Below, in pieces: positions 60,872 through 64,000 of a stretch of 64,000 bases of DNA (positions are counted from its first letter, which is position 1; each line of letters starts with the position of its first letter). The position numbers and the translations under genes are program-made. The stretch covers positions 3,968,001 to 4,032,000 of the forward strand of contig NW_026262675.1 of assembly GCF_021869535.1 (NCBI RefSeq), written 5' to 3'. Under the pieces are notes generated by a model. The model searched no databases, was not told where the DNA came from, and was given only the letters and a program-made list of their open reading frames with translations. Origin of the DNA: Mytilus californianus (lineage: Eukaryota).

Positions 60872-62077
60872 ATGTTCTACATTATTTTTGCAATATGCAT
60901 TTACTTCCCGAGCGTTAATGCGGGATCAACACTTGGTACTGACATCGCAAGTTTATATGAGAATTTATTTGAAACCAGTAACTATATGAAGGTTGTGCGC
61001 CCGAGTATCGACCAGACTTTGTCTACGTTGGTGTCCATTGACTTGCACGTAATAGGAATAAACGGAATAGATGAACTGTCACAAAAGCTTGCAACGACGG
61101 CTTATTTGTCTGTACACTGGTTGGACGAATACTTGACATGGACACCAATGTTCTACGGTAATGCAGATTACATTAAAGTCCCTCAAGATGATGTGTGGAA
61201 ACCAGACCTTACTTTGAAAAACGGATTCACAAAACTGACAGAACTAGGAAGCTCAGTGATATATGTTGACGTACAGAGTACCGGAAATGTGTCTTGGTAT
61301 CCATTTGAAGTATTTGAAAGCAAATGTGAAATAGATATAACATATTTTCCATTTGACAGACAGGCATGTCAGTTAATATTTGTGGCATGGTCAACTAAAG
61401 ATCTCTCGATTGAAGTAAAATTGGGAGGCGAAGGCGTTGTTTTATTGGATTATGCTGATGACAATGCCGAATGGACAATTGTATCGACTTCAGCATCTCA
61501 ATATTCTTCAGATTTGGTACCAAAAGTTACATTTACATTAAATCTCCAACGAAATGCTGGATTCTATGTCACAAACATTATCGTTCCTGTTATTCTCCTT
61601 GGTATTCTGAACTTTTTCACATTTGTACTTCCGGCAGACAGTGGTGAGAAGATGGGATATTCTATAACCGTATTTTTAGCGTTTACTGTTTTCCTTACAA
61701 TTGTGAGTTCGGAGCTACCGAAAACATCTGGTTCGATGTTAGGATACTATCTGATTTTTCAGCTAGGAATGGGTATATTTGTAGTATGTGCGACTGCCGT
61801 AGAATTGAGACTTCATCACAAGAAAAGCCCTGTCCCAAATAGAATCAGACAAATAGTTAAATGGCATTGCAAGTTTAAAGGCGTGGAGGTGTGTAAAACG
61901 GGGAACTGCAAAGCAAACAGAAATGAAGTCGAAACTTTTGACGAGGAACGAATGTCGGAAGACGACATTAACTGGATTGATGTTACTTCTCTCTTAGATT
62001 TTATTCTATTTTGGTTTTCATTTGCACTGAATCTGATTGTAACTACGGCAATAATATCCATCCTTGCATCAAAATAA
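60872..62077 (+). CDS. nAChR-like Cys-loop ligand-gated channel subunit 3 (non-alpha, intronless CDS, 401 aa)
   Basis: ATG at 60872 gives signal peptide MFYIIFAICIYFPSVNA. WKPD, Cys-loop CEIDITYFPFDRQAC, M2 GEKMGYSITVFL. No vicinal CC. Confidence 0.93.
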   Translation: MFYIIFAICIYFPSVNAGSTLGTDIASLYENLFETSNYMKVVRPSIDQTLSTLVSIDLHVIGINGIDELSQKLATTAYLSVHWLDEYLTWTPMFYGNADYIKVPQDDVWKPDLTLKNGFTKLTELGSSVIYVDVQSTGNVSWYPFEVFESKCEIDITYFPFDRQACQLIFVAWSTKDLSIEVKLGGEGVVLLDYADDNAEWTIVSTSASQYSSDLVPKVTFTLNLQRNAGFYVTNIIVPVILLGILNFFTFVLPADSGEKMGYSITVFLAFTVFLTIVSSELPKTSGSMLGYYLIFQLGMGIFVVCATAVELRLHHKKSPVPNRIRQIVKWHCKFKGVEVCKTGNCKANRNEVETFDEERMSEDDINWIDVTSLLDFILFWFSFALNLIVTTAIISILASK

Positions 62078-63243
62078 TCAAGAAAAGAAATTAAGAATGT
62101 ATTTTACATGCTTATGGATATACAACATGTTAGTTCTCTTCTTCTGTTCTATTCAATGTGATATCTATATGATATATATAAGTGATTAGACGTGTGATTT
62201 CTTCATTTTTAATTTCTTCATTATATGATACACATTTTGATAAAAAATGTTTTAAAATAATGACAGTTTCTATATTTGTTTTATTCCCTGATTTGATGTG
62301 TATGTTATATGAAGAAACCAAAGTGATTTTTATGAATGAAAATTATTCACTAGATAGTAATTGTGACGTTCTCAATGTGACGTTCCTATATCACATAAGT
62401 TTCTAAACAGTATTTATAAGATTTTCAAAATTCTTATGTTGTGCTGTTACACCACTGTCCCAGGTTAGGGGTAGGCTTGAGCGCTCCCCTATTCTTTATG
62501 TGACTGTAAGCCAAGCCAGGATACTGTAGTTCAGTTGTTGTCGTTGGTTCATGTCTGTCATATTTGTTTCTCGTAAATTGTTTTGTTTTAAATTAGGCCG
62601 TTAGTTTTCTCAATTTAATTGTTTCTTATTTTTCATGTCGGGGTCTTTTATAGCCGACTATACGGTATGGTTGTTTCTCATTGTTGAAGGCCGCATGACT
62701 GCCTGTATTTACTTGCATCGTCTTCATTTGAATTTTGGTGAATAGTTGTCTCATTGGCAATCATACCACATCTCCTTATTTTTATATTAAAAGTTCAGCG
62801 ATCGAAACTGAATGGCGACAGGGTTTTATAATTATTCCTTCGATTAAAGGATCTGTTAGTACTAAAAGAATTGCTCATATAAGTATGTGCGTGATCTAAG
62901 TGGTTGTGTTTGTCTTATTATGCTCAGGCTTGTCTATTTAGAAATTCAGAGCTACCTTTCTTTTGAATTTATGGACAAAAAAGATATATCAATTCGTGAT
63001 ACAAAATTACTACAAGTACATGAAAAAAAAACCCAAAAAGGAACAGCGCTTTCAGTACTGTTGTTCACTTCGTTGGGTCTTCAACATTGAGGAAAAAATC
63101 TTACCTTTAACGCAATTTCTATATACAACCTCTGGCAACAGTTTGAGAGGAATTTATCAACTAGATGTTGACCAAGATACAGCTGTGCATTGAAGAACAC
63201 ATGTGCTGGATAATATTTACCAATTATGATTTATATGTTGCAT

Positions 63244-64000
63244 TGAAATAAAAAGTAAAATAACAAAAATACCGAACTCCAAGGAAAATTCAAATCGGAA
63301 AGTCCCTTTTCAAATGGTAAATTCAAAAGCTCAGACATATCAAACGAATGGAAAACAACTGTCATATTCCTGACTTGGTACTGGCATTTCCTTATGTAGA
63401 AAATGGTGGATTAAACCTGGTATTATAGCTAGCTAAACCTCTAACTTTTATGATAGTTGCATAGAAATCCATTTAATTGACAACAATTTGGGAACAAAAC
63501 CAACAGACATAATAGGTAAAAATGTCAAAATAGGGTTACAGCAGTCAAAATTGTGTTATAATCTTTATCACTATAAAAACTAAAAGATATGTTAACAAAG
63601 AAAAACAAAATGGCTATAGATAAAGCACATAAGCAAAGACAAATACTGTCAAAAATTGCCCAACAATCTTTTTTTAAAATGCAGACTCAATGCAAACATT
63701 TAGACAACTACGGGGTACATCAATATATATCGTAACGGAGTGAAAAGTAAAATTACAAAAATACTGAACTCCAAAACGGAAAGCGCTTTATAAAATGGCA
63801 AAATCAAAGTCTCAAACACATTTAACGAATGGAATACAATTGTTATATTTCTGACTTGGTACAGGTATTTCCTTATGTAGAAAATGGTGGATTAAACCTG
63901 GTTTTATAGCTAGCTAAACCTCTCAACTGTATGACAGTCACATAGAATTCCATTATATTGACAACAATGTGTGAGTAAAACAAACAGCCATAGTAGGTAA
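63244..64000. repeat. Two tandem copies (~495-bp period) of an interspersed repeat
   Basis: AAAAGTAAAAT..ACAAAAATAC.GAACTCC..CCTGACTTGGTAC.GG..GTAGAAAATGGTGGATTAAACCTGG..AGCTAGCTAAACCTCT at ~63250 and ~63745. The second copy is cut by the window end. Confidence 0.8.

Overview
AT-rich eukaryotic genomic DNA. The repeat families look like those of a bivalve mollusc, probably Mytilus; this is recognition from memory and was not searched. Five protein-coding genes were reconstructed by hand. (1) A divergent peroxiredoxin-5-like gene on the minus strand (20941-29509, possibly extending to 32107). (2) Head-to-head with it, a 9-exon PhyH-family Fe(II)/2-oxoglutarate dioxygenase on the plus strand (35164-42432, 372 aa). 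(3-5) Three paralogous nicotinic-acetylcholine-receptor-like subunits with intronless CDS (43030-44253 +, 56914-58095 -, 60872-62077 +). These keep the Cys-loop and cation pore but have lost most of the acetylcholine-binding site. The rest is mostly mobile DNA: Helentron-like non-autonomous elements carrying satellite arrays, Mutator/hAT/Kolobok/mariner-type MITEs, SINEs, LINE and Penelope RT remnants. The ORF track does not show the most notable non-coding signal: about ten type-I hammerhead ribozyme motifs in ~350-bp retrozyme-like repeats. One near-intact copy lies sense-strand in an intron of the dioxygenase, and one perfect solo copy lies between the two divergent receptor genes. Most short ORFs in the track are spurious products of repeats.
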